Below, piece by piece: positions 13,246 to 26,030 of a stretch of 64,000 nt of DNA. How positions within the stretch are numbered: the first letter of the stretch is position 1; every line of letters begins with the position of its first letter. Source of the stretch: Azolla caroliniana (Eukaryota; Plantae; Polypodiophyta); assembly GCA_043228905.1 (NCBI GenBank), contig JBHGNT010000005.1, positions 15,500,001-15,564,000 of the forward strand, given 5' to 3'. The notes under the pieces are model-generated. The model did no database searches. It worked only from the letters and a program-made list of their open reading frames with translations, and was not told the DNA's origin. A program made the translations under genes and the position numbers.

Positions 13246-13995
13246 TGTCGAGAAAATCCTCGCGGATGCATAGAAATTGGGCAAGACCATGGGGGTCTTG
13301 AACCAAGGAATCAAGAAGTGAGGAGGAAGAGTTTGTGTTCTATATAAGCCCTGAGACCGCGGTTAAACAGAGAAGGTTAGCAAAACGAGAGAGAGAGTGT
13401 AAGAGGATCGTGTGTAAGCGCAGACAAAGATGCTGAGAACAATTTGTGTTAGGTAGATAAGTTTCTATTAATCATAACATGCACGTGGCGTTGTGGGTGA
13501 TTACAACCGGATCAATGCTGGTGATAGAGCGTAGAGCTCTACAGTAGTTAGATACAAAGATACGTAGGCACGCAAAAGGTCGATGCCCTGGTCGAGAGCA
13601 CTCGGGCGTCTAACGCGAGCAGGGGAAGCGCCTTCCGGTGTTCCGTCGTAGGACTCCTTGTCTCCCCTCCTCTCTATTTCTTTTCTCCTCTCTAGATGAC
13701 ACACTTAAAACATTCAAAGGTCATCCCTTTTATAGCACATGAAGCGACCGTTACAAAGCATTCATGACCTATCACTTTCCCTTCCTAGATTCTTCCCCCT
13801 GATTCGTTCTCCTCGTAACTCTCCCTCCTTACGCGATGTCTGAATCCCTATTAATGCCTTAACTACCTAGTACACCTCTTTCTACCTATGCCTAGTACTT
13901 ACACTATTTAATTCACTAGGGGTGTGCACTCGTGCACACCTGTGTTCCTACGTGTTTCACATTGTTTCCACCTATGGCCCGGAATCTTCACGACA
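13246..13995 (-). repeat. 5' LTR of gypsy 1910-13995
   Basis: Collinear with 1910-2475 plus 7862-8051; TGTCG/CGACA termini. Confidence 0.93.
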
Positions 13996-14506
13996 ACGTG
14001 TTTAGAGTAGAACTCTGGTGTACAAGTTTATACATTGATAGTGAATTATTTGAAGACTAGGTCCATTGGTTATAAACTCTTTGAGGGTTTTCCATGTAAA
14101 CAGATTTTGTGGTGTATCGTGCATTGCGTATCTTGGTTTTTTTTAGATAAAAGGGCACAACAGAATCTTTGTGCCATATAAAGTGTGGTAAAGTGCTATA
14201 GATTCCAATCACGGTGATGGTTTTTGGATGAAGTAGAAATTAGAAAGAGGGAAGGAAGGCCTCATCCTTTTGTTTCCAGTTTGACACAAATATATGGGTA
14301 GGTTAATGCAGGGCAGAAAAAGGCCTTGCCTATTTCGACAAACAAAGGGTGGAAGAGGTAGAAGCTAATTAAAATCTTCCCACAAGTTTTGAGCCCCAAG
14401 AAAAGTAAAGATGCTCGCTCATGTGAATGTGATTTGATTTTACTTGCCTCCTTCCATAAGTGACCAATATATCCACGCACACATGCTTTTCAATCGACTA
14501 ATTTAA

Positions 14507-14511
14507 ATATA

Positions 14512-14547
<36 letters not shown>

Positions 14548-14575
14548 TGTATGTATGTATGTATGTATGTATGTA
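14507..14575. repeat. (AT)n/(ATGT)n microsatellite
   Basis: Direct reading of the sequence. Confidence 0.95.
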
Positions 14576-15167
14576 TTGAGTTGTTTGTTGCAAGAAACAG
14601 TTGGACTTTACAGGTGTTCTTGGACCCACGAAAATTAGATGGATCACTCATGTCAATATCAGTGCATACCTCCTCCCTTCATGATGGACGAAGTATATGC
14701 CTAGACACACATGCTTTTCAATCTACTAATATACATATATATCTTGATGACCCCTCAATTGAACCAATTTGAGGTTTACTCAAATGATAATAGCCAATTG
14801 TATTATTCTACAAAGCTTATTCACCATGAGGATACTTTTGGGGCTGTTCCACTCGAGTGGAGCCCACAACATGGAGCTGGTTGAGAGCAGAAGGGTCGAT
14901 TGAGAGCCGGTTGTGTGTCGGCAGTCGGCTAAACATACAACTGATTGGGAGTCGGCTGAGTGTCGAATCAGCTAATAGGTTACTAATGACTGAGAAGGGT
15001 AAAAAGTTATAATTATTTATAATAACTATATGTATATGTACGTATGCCTTTTTTCTTTTGTATGTTTTATTGTGTGTGTGAATGGAGATATAGATATAGA
15101 CGTTGGACTACAAGGCCAATAAAGGGAGGGAAAAACAACAAAAATAAAAAGTGGGAACGAGCCCAGA

Positions 15168-15237
15168 TGGATGTAGCTTAGTTGGTAAGGTTATCTAATG
15201 GAGACGAGGTGGTCATGGGTTCAACCCCTACATTCCA
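15168..15237 (+). pseudogene. tRNA-derived sequence (tRNA pseudogene or SINE head)
   Basis: A-box TAGCTTAGTTGG (15174-15185) and B-box GGTTCAACCCC (15218-15228) at tRNA spacing. The termini ggatgt/acattcc partly pair, but the anticodon arm does not fold. Confidence 0.55.
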
Positions 15238-15402
15238 TAGTGGCATATAGTGAATTAAGGGATATATAAGAAGTATATAATAGAGAGGTGAAGAAGTTGG
15301 GTTTCGAACCCATAAGACAGTAATTACGATAAAAACGAGTGACCAAGAGAGAGCATACATAGAGAGTTTGCATTTCATAGAAACAGAGAAAGAAGGGAGA
15401 AG

Positions 15403-15624
15403 AAAAATAGCAAAGGAAGAGTGAGAGAAAGTGCAATTGTGTTTTACTGAATTAAAGAGAAAGATTTGTCAAGGGTTTTTCGTGCTTTTAGAGAACCCAC
15501 GACTGTACAACGAATAAAAATAGCAAAGGAAGAGTGAGAGAAAGCGCAATTGTGTTCTACTAAACTAAAGAGAAAGATTCGTGAGGGGTTGTTCGTGCTT
15601 TCAGAGAACCCACGACTGTACAAC
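15403..15624. repeat. Two tandem copies of a ~113-bp unit in an LTR-like segment
   Basis: aaaaatagcaaaggaagagtgagagaaag...gagaacccacgactgtacaac occurs twice. The LTR-type motif gggttttccacgt follows at ~15727. Confidence 0.8.
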
Positions 15625-16543
15625 ACCTCTCCTATCCACTTGTATCAAGTTCCTTCATTTCGTTTTCGGCTTGTTTCTATCCACCCAGTTGGGTTCCAAG
15701 GTTGTTCCAAGGTTGTTCCCAAATTTGGGTTTTCCACGTTAAAATTTTGGTGTACTCTGTTTTTCGTTTCTGTTCCGTTTGTCTTATACTGTGTTTGGAA
15801 GTCTAAAGCACATCCCCATTCAGATTCATCTTCCTAACAAATATTTAACAAATATTTCTTAATATACATGTATATTATGTACATATATATATATATTTGA
15901 ACTTAGAACACGTATAAGTTATGATGCACATGGAATGCCAAAGCAAGAGTCATGGGCTATGGCATATGCACCCTCACTGTGAAGCTAATGAAGACACCAA
16001 TTAGCTATTCTTCTTCGGGATGGTCAGCTATTGGATGGTTCAATAGTATAGGAAGAGAAGAGATGGAAGAAGAAGATTATGTAATATACTCCATAGCATC
16101 CATAGTGGCAGTAGTTTTTGTTTCGCATGAAGAGAAGTACATTATTAGGTATACATATATAACTGTGTTGCTTTTGTTTTATTACAAGGGTACGTATATT
16201 AATACAGAAGTGTGTTGAGAACAAAGACCAAATGGGTAAAAACAGACGGCTTTGATGGGAGCAATCCAACGACAAAAACCATATTCAGAATAAAATAGCT
16301 TAGTGTGGACGACAGGACGACATGTATGTATGTGGATGGGTGGGGTCAGCCTTCGAAAAGAATTTCAGAAGGACACCCCTACCCCTCCTTAATCTGCCTG
16401 GATCTGTATATACATACATATACATATACATGCAAAACAAACTGAAAAATAGATATATATATATATATATATATATATTGCCTATACCTATGGCCTAAGT
16501 GTATGTATGTGGTATTGCCCCACTTAAGATATGTTGTGTGTGA

Positions 16544-19500
16544 TTATTCTTCATGGTCTGTATGGGAGTGGGAGTGGGAGTGGGAGTGGGAGTGAGAATG
16601 GGAATGGGAGTGGGAGTGGGAATGGGAGTCATCATTGGTGTGGTGGTGTGTGTGTGATTCTAGGAGTGGGAGTTGTTCAATGGATGTGATGTCCTCGCCA
16701 CAAGCACGGTTATGGATCCCAGGCAGGGCGGCCTTCATTCGCGCCATGAAATCGGTGGCGAGCTTGCTTTGGTCCGCAGCCGCCAACTTGTCGGTCTTGG
16801 CAATGGAGGTGCCGAACTTGCAGAGGAACCAGAAGGGCAGCACGGGGAGCTTCGCGCTGTGCTTGACTGTGGGGAAGAGGGCCAGCGCCTCCACCACACC
16901 TTGATCTAGGAGGTGTTCTATCCACGCCCCGGGCTCTCTCTTTACGTGCAGCGGCGAGAAAACAACATAAAATAGAACCTTCTCTTGGAGCTTTGGCCTA
17001 TTCTCCCCTTGGGACATGATGAGTTTGAGCAGCATTTGGACACCGTCTTTGTCTGCTATCTCATCTTGCCTTACGCTCGTGTTCATGAGTGTTTCAAGAA
17101 CCTCGAAGATGTTGCACGCCACATCGTCCTCTACCAAGTCCGACTCGATGCTTAACATCAGGTTATCGAGGGCTTCTCCGGTTATCGCCTCTTCGAGTAT
17201 TTTTATAGAACTAGGGTGGTAGTTTATTTCCCAAAGGCCCTCGGCCACCATCGTTATAAAACTCGCATCGTTATGTAGCCTAATCGCTTGAAGCAGCGAT
17301 TGTGCAACTTGTGTAGACTTGATGGTCTCCTCCCATGATTTCGCAGGAGCCCCCCGCATGCTTCTCAAAGTGGTAGAAATAAAACTCAATTTCTGAAGCA
17401 TGTCTTCATTCGCACTATCATCGCTATTAGCACCGTCATGATCCATACTAGTTTCTAGTCCTTTCTGGATGTGATTGACAAGGGCATCTGATGCATCTTT
17501 GAGTGCGATTTGCACATCTAACATCGCACTTGGCTCCATCTTCCCCGACGCGTCACCATTTCCAGATAATCTAAGGAATGTGTCTCGGATAATTGATCTT
17601 TCTCGCCTCGGCCAGTGTAAGTTAACCTTCTTCTTGCTATCTCTTGCTAGTTTTTCCCATAATCCATGAGTTTCAAATATCTGGTCTACTACACTCTCTC
17701 CACCAAGTTCGCATAGCTTCTCGAGCATATCCATCGCCAATGCATTGAAGTGTATGTCTACTAACTCTTTCAATGGCATGTCACGCAACAATGCCTCACT
17801 ACATGTCGAATCAGCTCTCTTAACTAACTCATACAATACGTTTAGAGCTTCGTAATTGCTATCGCTTATTGTCCCTGTAACTCCGCACCCTTTGAAAACA
17901 GAGGTCAGCACTTGGATGACTCCTCTATTGATCAATTCATTTGCAAGGCTTTTGTAGTCCTTAGGTGCATAGACATTGGCCATGTAATGGGCTATTGCTC
18001 CGGCTGTGTTGGCGTGGACACCGCCACATGCAATGAGGTAAATGATCTCTATATCTAGGATGGCCTTGAACTTCCCGGCGGCTAAGAAAAGCTCTGAAGT
18101 GATGGAGAGCTCGGTGAGAGAGCTGATTAGGTCAAGTAGCTCCACAACAGTTTGCAAGACCGTGACTTGGAGAACATGGATATCAGATCGTAGAGCTTCG
18201 GTTAAGTAATCCCCAGCTTTCTGCTTGATCTCAGTTCTTCCATACCGGAACAGCCAGGCGGCAGCGACCGCCCAACTGAGGCCAGCCCTCTTTCCCGAAA
18301 CTTCCGAGAATTGAAGCATCTCCTCAGCATCTTCGAACTCGTTGTCCAAGAACAAGGACACCATGTCATGCATCCTGTAACAGAAGCTCTCATCAGGTTT
18401 AGTGAGCAATGAGCCTTTGACTAGCTTTCCGACCTCGAGCCTAAACAAGCTCTTCGGCTTGAATGCCGCCCACACTTTCTCGAGGCACGTCTCGGGGATG
18501 GGCTCGTTCCACTGGAACAAGGAGAAGATTGTGAAGAGCTGTCTTGCGTCTTGGGGTAGAGCGCGGAGGCTGAATTGGAACGAGCCGAAGACAGTGGAGG
18601 CACTGGTGTCAAGACCAGTCTGGTAGCTTGCGGGCACAGTCGCATTGGCCGCATACATGGACAGGTTGTGGATGGCCTTCTCCCATTCCTCGCGCCGCGT
18701 CTCTCCGTTGAGTGCTTCCCCGATGACTGAGATCGTCAGGGGATGGTATCCACACTTTTGAAGGAGTGCGTCGCATAGGTCCTAATTAATAATTAAAGAA
18801 GACACAGATCATCACATCACATCTTCCAATTCGTAAAGAACAGTGATTTTGTAGCGCCTTTCAAACCAGATCTTAAATTTTGTGAGCAATACAAGCCTCC
18901 TAAAAGTGTAGTGTTTGTTACATAATTGAACCAAAATATCTAGGGACGTTTGCTTGATTTCCAATTAATTCATCGCTATTGGCATTAAACACCGGTCTGA
19001 ATTTGTTAGGACTTCGTTGGTTTGTTAACCATTCTAATATTTTACTTAAATATCTCCAGAGACTTATGTAGCATGGAATCCTTGGGGTGGCAAAAGTTTG
19101 TATAATCTATTGAATAACACACACATGTTTTGAAGGCATATATTGATTGGTGCACTTACCGGCAGCTCATCCAATTGAGTGTGATACTTGAGGATGTTTC
19201 TGGCGACCTCGACGACATCGGTTTCTTTGATCTCAACTTTATCCGCCTCAGTGATGGCATGCACAGATTCGATCCGAGTGGTGACGAGCATTTTACAGCT
19301 ATTTCCAGAGAGCTTAGCGAGCCTCGAGGTAATGTCCACCTCCCAAACATCGTCGAGGATAATGAGGTAGCTCTTCCCCGTGAGGACCTCCTGCAGGACT
19401 TGGCACGCGTTGTCGAGGTTGAGGCCTTCGAGTTGGTCCTTCTTGCACCCGAGTTTGCGCAGGAGGACACAGATCTTGGCGGCGAGAAGAGAGTGGTACT

Positions 19501-20191
19501 CTCCGCAGTTGTTATTTGCAGCCGGGATGGAGCAAGCCTGGCCGAAAGGGATCTCGAGGGCACCATCGGAGAAGCGCTCAGGGGGCTCCGAAGCCACAAA
19601 CCTGGCGAGGCTAGACTTACCGATCCCGGTCATCCCATGGATGAGGAGCACCTTATGGTCACTGTTTTGAAGCAAGTCCTTGATCACTTCGGACTTGCCC
19701 AGGGGCTGGTATCCATGGTCGGGCTCGACCTCCAGGAAGACGGGCAAGCCAGCGGCGTTCTTTTGCAGCGCGTCTCGGACCTCGGCCGGCAAATTCTGGA
19801 GCTTTAGCCAAGAGGTGATCAGAGACTCCATCATCCTGGCGATGCGCTGGAGGTCGCACACCCCGAACAAGGCACCTTGAAGGGTATACAGCTTAAGCTT
19901 CATGCCTTTCTTGTTAGCTATCTTCTTGGCCTTGCCCACCTGGATCTCCAGTTGCTCACACAGGCTTTGTAAGCTCTCCAGGGCATTGGCTTGTTCCACA
20001 TGGTGTTTCTTGTGGCTCAGTGTCTTCTGCTCCCTCGCCTCCACCTCTGTCAGCTGCTTCAGGGTGCCCTCCAGCATCAGGATCCGCGGCAGCGCCTCCT
20101 TGTGGTTCCGCGCCGACTCCCCAACCGCCCGGATCGTCTTCAGCAGCATCGTCGCCACCTGGCATACCTCCCCAACCGGTAAGATACTCAT
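16544..20191 (-). CDS. NB-ARC STAND protein with N-terminal helical domain and C-terminal ARM-like repeats (RLS1-like NB-ARM, non-canonical NLR); exons 20191-19160 and 18781-16544, ~1089 aa
   Basis: P-loop GMTGIGKSS, Walker B IILDDVWE, RNBS-B LVTTR, GLPL-equivalent CGYHPLT, and MHD (RMHDMV). A phase-0 GT-AG intron at 19159-18782 (ccg|gtaagt ... attag|gac) joins the two ORFs in frame with no stops. No LRR pattern. Confidence 0.92.
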
Positions 20192-21761
20192 GATCTCCTC
20201 CTCCTCCTCCTCCTGGACCTCCTCCTGAACCTCCTCCTCTGCTGCCTATGGACTTTCTGAATCAATCAATCAATCTCTAGATTCCTCCTCAATCTCTGCC
20301 CCTTGTGATCTTGATATCCTGATCCTGATCCTCCGATTCTGAATATCCCCAATCCCCCTCCGCCTAACTAACTAACTAACTAAATGCAGTGGACTGAAAT
20401 TGAATGACTTGAGTATGCGACTCCACTCCCCCCTCTCCCTGCTGCTGCTGCTGATGATGATGATGGCTACCTGATATATATATATATACTTCTTTCCCAC
20501 ACCTGCACGACCACGTCCTCTCAGCAAATCGGGCTTCTCTTGCTATACATAAATTACACTCTCCCCCAATAATAACTATACATTATTGTGTGCTGCTTCC
20601 ATCTCGCATTGTATGTCTCTTGTCTATCTATCGGAACTATCTATCTATGAATATATTTATACATAACCACTAAATTTACGAGGAGTTGGGATGAAAAAAA
20701 AGGAGAGATAGCAGAGTGACGCAGCGGGTTGAAGAAGGGGAGGGGAGGGAGGGGTACCTGAATTTCCTGTATGGATGGGTGGCTGTGATGATGATGATGA
20801 TGATGATGATACATACATAATAAGGAATTATAGAAAAATAAACAATAATATGGAGAAAAACAATGGAAGTTGATGGGGAGGGGGAAATGGATCATCATAA
20901 TCACATGATGGATGGATGGATATGCATGCATGCATGCATGGTTAGATGGATGGATGGAGGCATGAGTCGGTGAGTGAGTGAGTGATTTGCCATGCCATGT
21001 GCATGAATAGATGTATGTATATCCGCCTTCTGCACATCCACACATACGTGCGTGCGTGTGTTTATTGTGGCCTGTGGATTGCATTTTGTTTTTCCACGTG
21101 CAAACCCACCTACCAACCCTACCCTACCTTACCTACTACACATACATACATGTGTGTGTGTGTGTGTGTGCATGTCTGTATGTGTTTAGATTTATTATGG
21201 TTTAGATTTTATGATACTTATACATTGTGAGGAGAGGAAGAACATAACGGGGTCAATTTGCCTGAAATAACAATATTATTCATACCAAATTACGAGAAAA
21301 ATACCCCCACCCTGCCTTAGAGGGATGTTTCCCAATCCATTCCGACCCACTTTTGACTTGCCTCTTTTGCCTGAATGCCATAGGGCAGAGATTGATATAG
21401 GTAGATTTTATCATGGTTGACCTATGCGACAATAGACAGAACACGTTATTCTCAATGAGTCTTTTGTTTAGAAAATCTATGATTGCCCGTATTAATATAT
21501 CTCGGATGACAACGAAAAGCCCGTCATTATGGATGAACAAAGGAATCGGAGGATATGTCATCCCTACATTTCACACATGTGGAGAATGTGACAAAGAGAA
21601 TCTTACATTACCAAGTATTGAATCTGCATTTGCCCCATTTTTATGTAGAAAAATGAAAAAATGGTTTGCCCATGGTATGGTGTATCGACAAGGATCTGAA
21701 ACTAGATCACGCACATCTCTTCTAGATTTTGCCCACATGGAGAATGTGAGAGATTAATACC

Positions 21762-21860
21762 CTTGCGATAACTCTATTTCTGCCCATTGGGATTTCATGA
21801 TGGATGAACGGCACTTGCGATAACTCTATTTCTGTCCACTGGGATTTCACGATGGATGAA
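21762..21860. repeat. ~50-bp tandem duplication
   Basis: cttgcgataactctatttctg.cca.tgggatttca.gatggatgaa occurs twice. Confidence 0.8.
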
Positions 21861-23186
21861 GTATGATTAAATCTCTCAACACATGGAGAATGTGAGAGAC
21901 GAAGAGAGAATTATACACTTTGGTAGATCTTTGTTTGCCCAAATTAGTGTTCAAAAGAGAAGAAAAGGCCTTTGATGTTGGATGAAATAGGAATACATTT
22001 CTTGAATGTGAAGCATGTAAAATCAGGATTATTAATGTGTATCATATTAGAACATATCACATGGACATTACATTGGGATCTACGAATGATTCATGCCCCC
22101 TCCATGGTTTATGCCCAATTTACTAACCACCAAATTGATACAAATTTGCCACGATGAGCATATAATGGACCTTCCTAATGGAACTAGTTTTGTGTCTAAA
22201 AATTGACCACTACACAATCTAAAGAACCACCACGATGACAAGAAGTTTTTTTGCATGACACACAATATCTTTTCACTAGGACAAATTCATATGGTTACTG
22301 CAATAAGTTTTGCTCTAGGCTGAAAATTTTCGGATATTGTTAGAAACAATGATCTTCTATAGTTTGTATTAATTATATCTACAAGTGAAAATTTTGAATC
22401 AAATAATAACAACTCTCAAATATAAGGTTTAAAGACACGAGTAAGCATCACATACCAATACTCTGATAAGTGATAATCTTGAATGGACTCTCGTTGCTAT
22501 CAATGAGACTCGATAATGATTCTCCTTAGTCAAAGACAAAATGTGTCCCCCAAGGTTTTAGTCAAAGATGCGCTAGAAAGCGTGCAAAGAACCAAACTTG
22601 CATTTGACGAAATATAGGTTACATTGTGTGGAACTTGTATGGACTTTAGCCTATAATTGATTGTGATTTCCACGACACATTTTCTCAAAAAATGTGTTCT
22701 TTGAGCCTTAATACATGGCGTTTGGGGATATACCTCTACTAGGTGAAAGCAAGGCAAGGTTATTTGTTGTAGTTTTAATGGGCAAAAATAAGAGAAACTA
22801 ACATTCTGAAATCCATGTCACGTTGAAATTTGTCAAAACATGTAGCTACCATTATTTGCCCAGTTCGATGATTTATACCCTTATAGATGGTACATGTTTG
22901 GTTTCATATATGTACACCGGACACATATGGTATTATCTATGTATATAATGTCTGTGTGTGCCTATATATTATTTTATGTTTATATGGATGTATAGTTTAT
23001 GTACAATATGTATATAAATATAAGATTGAGATATTCACATTTGTGGGGTTTCCCATTCGAATGCATGGTCAAGTATTCGTTTAACAAAAAAAAATAAAGA
23101 GTAGATGAACTCCCTCCTTTTTAGTTTCCTAGGATATAAAAATGCGACTTGACAATAAAAGAGAGACTTGACGCTAATAAATTTTT

Positions 23187-23493
23187 GGGAAAAGTACAAG
23201 GATACCCTTGGAAGTTCGTGTATTTACCAGAATGCCCTTGGAAGTTCCAAATTTACCAAACTACCCTTATATCCAAAAAATTACACTTTATAAAGTAATT
23301 ATACTCTCAAATCTTTGGTAAATAGGGTTCATTTCTTCCATATTTGGTAAATAGGGCTAATTTGTAGATTTGAGTGTATTATTACTTTATAAAGTGTACT
23401 TTTTTGGACATAGGGGTAGTTTCGTAAATTTAAAATTTCCAGGGGCATTCTACTAAATAGAGGAACTTCTAAGGGTATCCTAGTTATTTTCCC
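23187..23493. mobile_element. Mutator-like foldback MITE
   Basis: ~130-bp imperfect terminal inverted repeats (gggaaaa...ggatacccttggaagttc / gaacttctaagggtatcc...ttttccc). 9-bp flanks taaattttt/caaattttt act as TSD. No ORF. Confidence 0.85.
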
Positions 23494-24035
23494 CAAATTT
23501 TTATAGTAAATGTCAAAGTTTTCGTTTTTTTAATAAATAAAAAAATGAAATTAAGGTTCATTAATTCCTCATTTTTTATTCTCCCAAAATTTATGGATAT
23601 TTTTATTTGACATTAAAAAATTGAACTTCACACTAATCATATTTCTATAGTAAATATAAAAATATTCGTTTTTTAAAATTAATAAAATAAAATAAAGGTT
23701 CATAAACTCTTATCTTTTTTATTTGACACTAGTGATAAACGAGAGTTCATTCTAATCATATTTTTATAATCTATTAATGAATGATTGTTCTTTTTTTAGT
23801 GAATTAAATTGATTTATTTTTAAAATAATTAATTAATTAATTTTTTGTATATTTATTTTGCAAAACGAATGGTTTTATAATATTCTTAGAGCCATTTCTT
23901 TTTCTCGAATATTGTGAATATCATGCATGTGTCAATCTATGGTAATAGTCTCTAGATACATATATATAGCAAAGAAGATTAAAATAAAAACCTAAAATTC
24001 TCACTTTTTCCTTGACAAAATAAGATTAAGTTTAT

Positions 24036-26030
24036 TGTAACCCTTGAAATATGGGTGGCAAGAGGATATATTAAATGATAAATTTTGAAATACAGATGGC
24101 AAGAGAACTTGACATTGAGAACTGCTCCATGTTGTGAAAAGAATTTACATATTGGGACATTTACACCAATGGAACAGAATGAGAGGAAACACTACATTGA
24201 ATGGAAGTTGAAAACATAAACAATAATTCTTAACAACTAATGACACTAAATTTCCCACTGGGAACCCCCCATTGAGGATCACAACTACTTCCTTAAATAG
24301 AGTTTTATTGGAAGCCCAAACGGTCATGAGATGGAACGTTTGTGCTTCCAAGATTTATTTTAATAATCTATTCTTGTATTTTATGTAATTGTAACAATCG
24401 TAACACTCTCTCACCAATCGAGAGAGTTTCGACCTCGAAAATATTGCATTAGAGCTTTCTAAGTTTGGGGCTTTGCTTGTTGTAGTGGCTCAAGTAGCCA
24501 TTCAAACCCTACTAAACCCTTCTTGTAGCAACCTTCTTCAGTTACCCACGACACTTCAGATAGGGGTTTCCCTCGCCACTTGATGAAATAGCATCTTCTC
24601 CCTCTACGGACTTGTGTCTTCAGAAGTGCTTCAGGTTCACATCTATTAGTTTCCTCGCAACCCCATGTTTCATCTGGGTGGAAACGTTTTAGCAAGCTAA
24701 CATGAAAAACATTGTGTATCTTGGAAGCCTCCGGGAGCGGTTATTTGTAGGATATGTTCTTGAGCTATTTGACCACCTTGTACGGTCTATAAAACCTATG
24801 ATTAAACTTGGGTGTGAGGCCCTGAGGTAATGGCCAACTAGCGGAATTGACAACTGCTAAATCCCCTGGATAAAACTCCACATCTTCTCGTTTCTTATTG
24901 ACACGATTGATCATCCGCAGCTTTGTGTTTGTGAGATGATCTTGTGCTACTTGCATCCGGTCCTTCCACTTCGCCGAAAAACGAGATACATCCAATTCCT
25001 CGACTTGCGTCTTGTTATTCGTATGTAATAAAGCAATCGGCGTGAGGACATCTTTGCTTATGGAGAGTTCGAATGGAGAGAATCCCGTTGCTGAATGGAT
25101 TGCAACATTGTAACAAAATTCGAGCATTTTGCTGTGTTCCTCCTAGTCTAATTGATCCGCTTCGACATAACATCGATTGTAGACTTCAATGCCTTGATTG
25201 AGTCCTTCGGTCTGTCCATTCGTTTGCGGATGTGCGGATGATGACATACGGAGTTGTGTGCCCAAAATACGAAACAATTCTTGCCAAAACCTGCTAGTGA
25301 ACCTTGGATCCCTGTCAAACACTATGATTTCTGGCAACCCATGATACTTGAAAACATCTTTAAAGAACAAGTGGGCTACATGTTGTGCTGTTAGAGGTGG
25401 CTTTGCTGGCATCAACTGTGCTTGTTTAGAAAAGAAATCCATGATTATGATAAGGATGCAAAACCCCTTGGATGACGGTAGATCAACAAACAAAGCCATG
25501 CTTATTACATCCCACGGACGAAATGGCAACGACATCTATTGTAGTAGCTCGAGTACTTTTCCCTGCCTAGCTTTCATTGCTTGACCGCACGAAGAATTTT
25601 TTAACAGCTTTTAATGTGCGCTTTGTCCTCCAAGCCCAACCATGTGGTAATCATGTGATTCTCTTAATATCTTTGCCTTTAGTAGTATATTATTAGGGAT
25701 TACTATTTTATAAGCAATTCACAATAGCTCGTCCTACAACTTGTACATTCCGTGAGTAGCGCTCCCGTTCGCGACTTTGGCTATTAATTGGCGCATCTCT
25801 GCATCCTCTAATTGTGCTTGTCATACTTCCCCTATCCATCCTTGACTCGTGATACTTCCCCTATCCATCCTTGACTCGAGCTAATGGAAATGTGGAGGAT
25901 GTGTGGCAATAAACGTAGTGCATCAAGTAATGTGTGCAACTTACCTTTTTTATGTACAATTTTCAAATCAAATTCTGCTAACATAACTTGCCATCTCATT
26001 TGTTTTGCTAAAAGTCATGGTTGCGTCTAC
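24036..26030 (-). mobile_element. Decayed chromovirus-type gypsy 3' half (RNase H end, integrase, chromodomain, PPT, probable 3' LTR 24036-24405)
   Basis: QMRWQVMLAEFDLKIVHKKGK; integrase PWDVISM, IVFDRDPRFTS and HPQTNGQTE; chromodomain-like EPEALLK...YFIKWRGKPLSEVSWV; purine tract abutting TGTTAC at 24405. Confidence 0.8.

Larger units (their letters stand above)
1910..13995 (-). mobile_element. Full-length decayed Ty3/gypsy LTR retrotransposon, tRNA-Trp primed; its 3' LTR is interrupted by a copia
   Basis: LTRs TGTCG...CGACA at 13246-13995 and at 1910-8051 (split by the 2476-7861 insertion). PBS 13224-13241; PPT ggggtgga abutting 8051; order gag-PR-RT-RH-INT. Flanks atgt/acgt suggest a 4-bp TSD with one transition. 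Confidence 0.92.

Noticed and set aside
15168-15237. Functional tRNA gene
   Set aside because: The anticodon arm does not pair, the acceptor stem is imperfect, and there is no oligo-T terminator.
19064-19159. ORF-track C-terminus VSAPINICLQ… of the 375-aa ORF, and a separate 704-aa gene
   Set aside because: This is read-through into an intron. Canonical splice sites join both ORFs and restore the GLPL-equivalent motif.
19130-20228. Antisense ORFs over the NLR, and similar ones over the gag-pol regions
   Set aside because: These are shadow frames of GC-rich coding sequence with no recognisable motifs.
20400-22900. Short ORFs upstream of the NLR
   Set aside because: Microsatellite-rich or AT-rich intergenic sequence with no motifs or splice-consistent structure identified.
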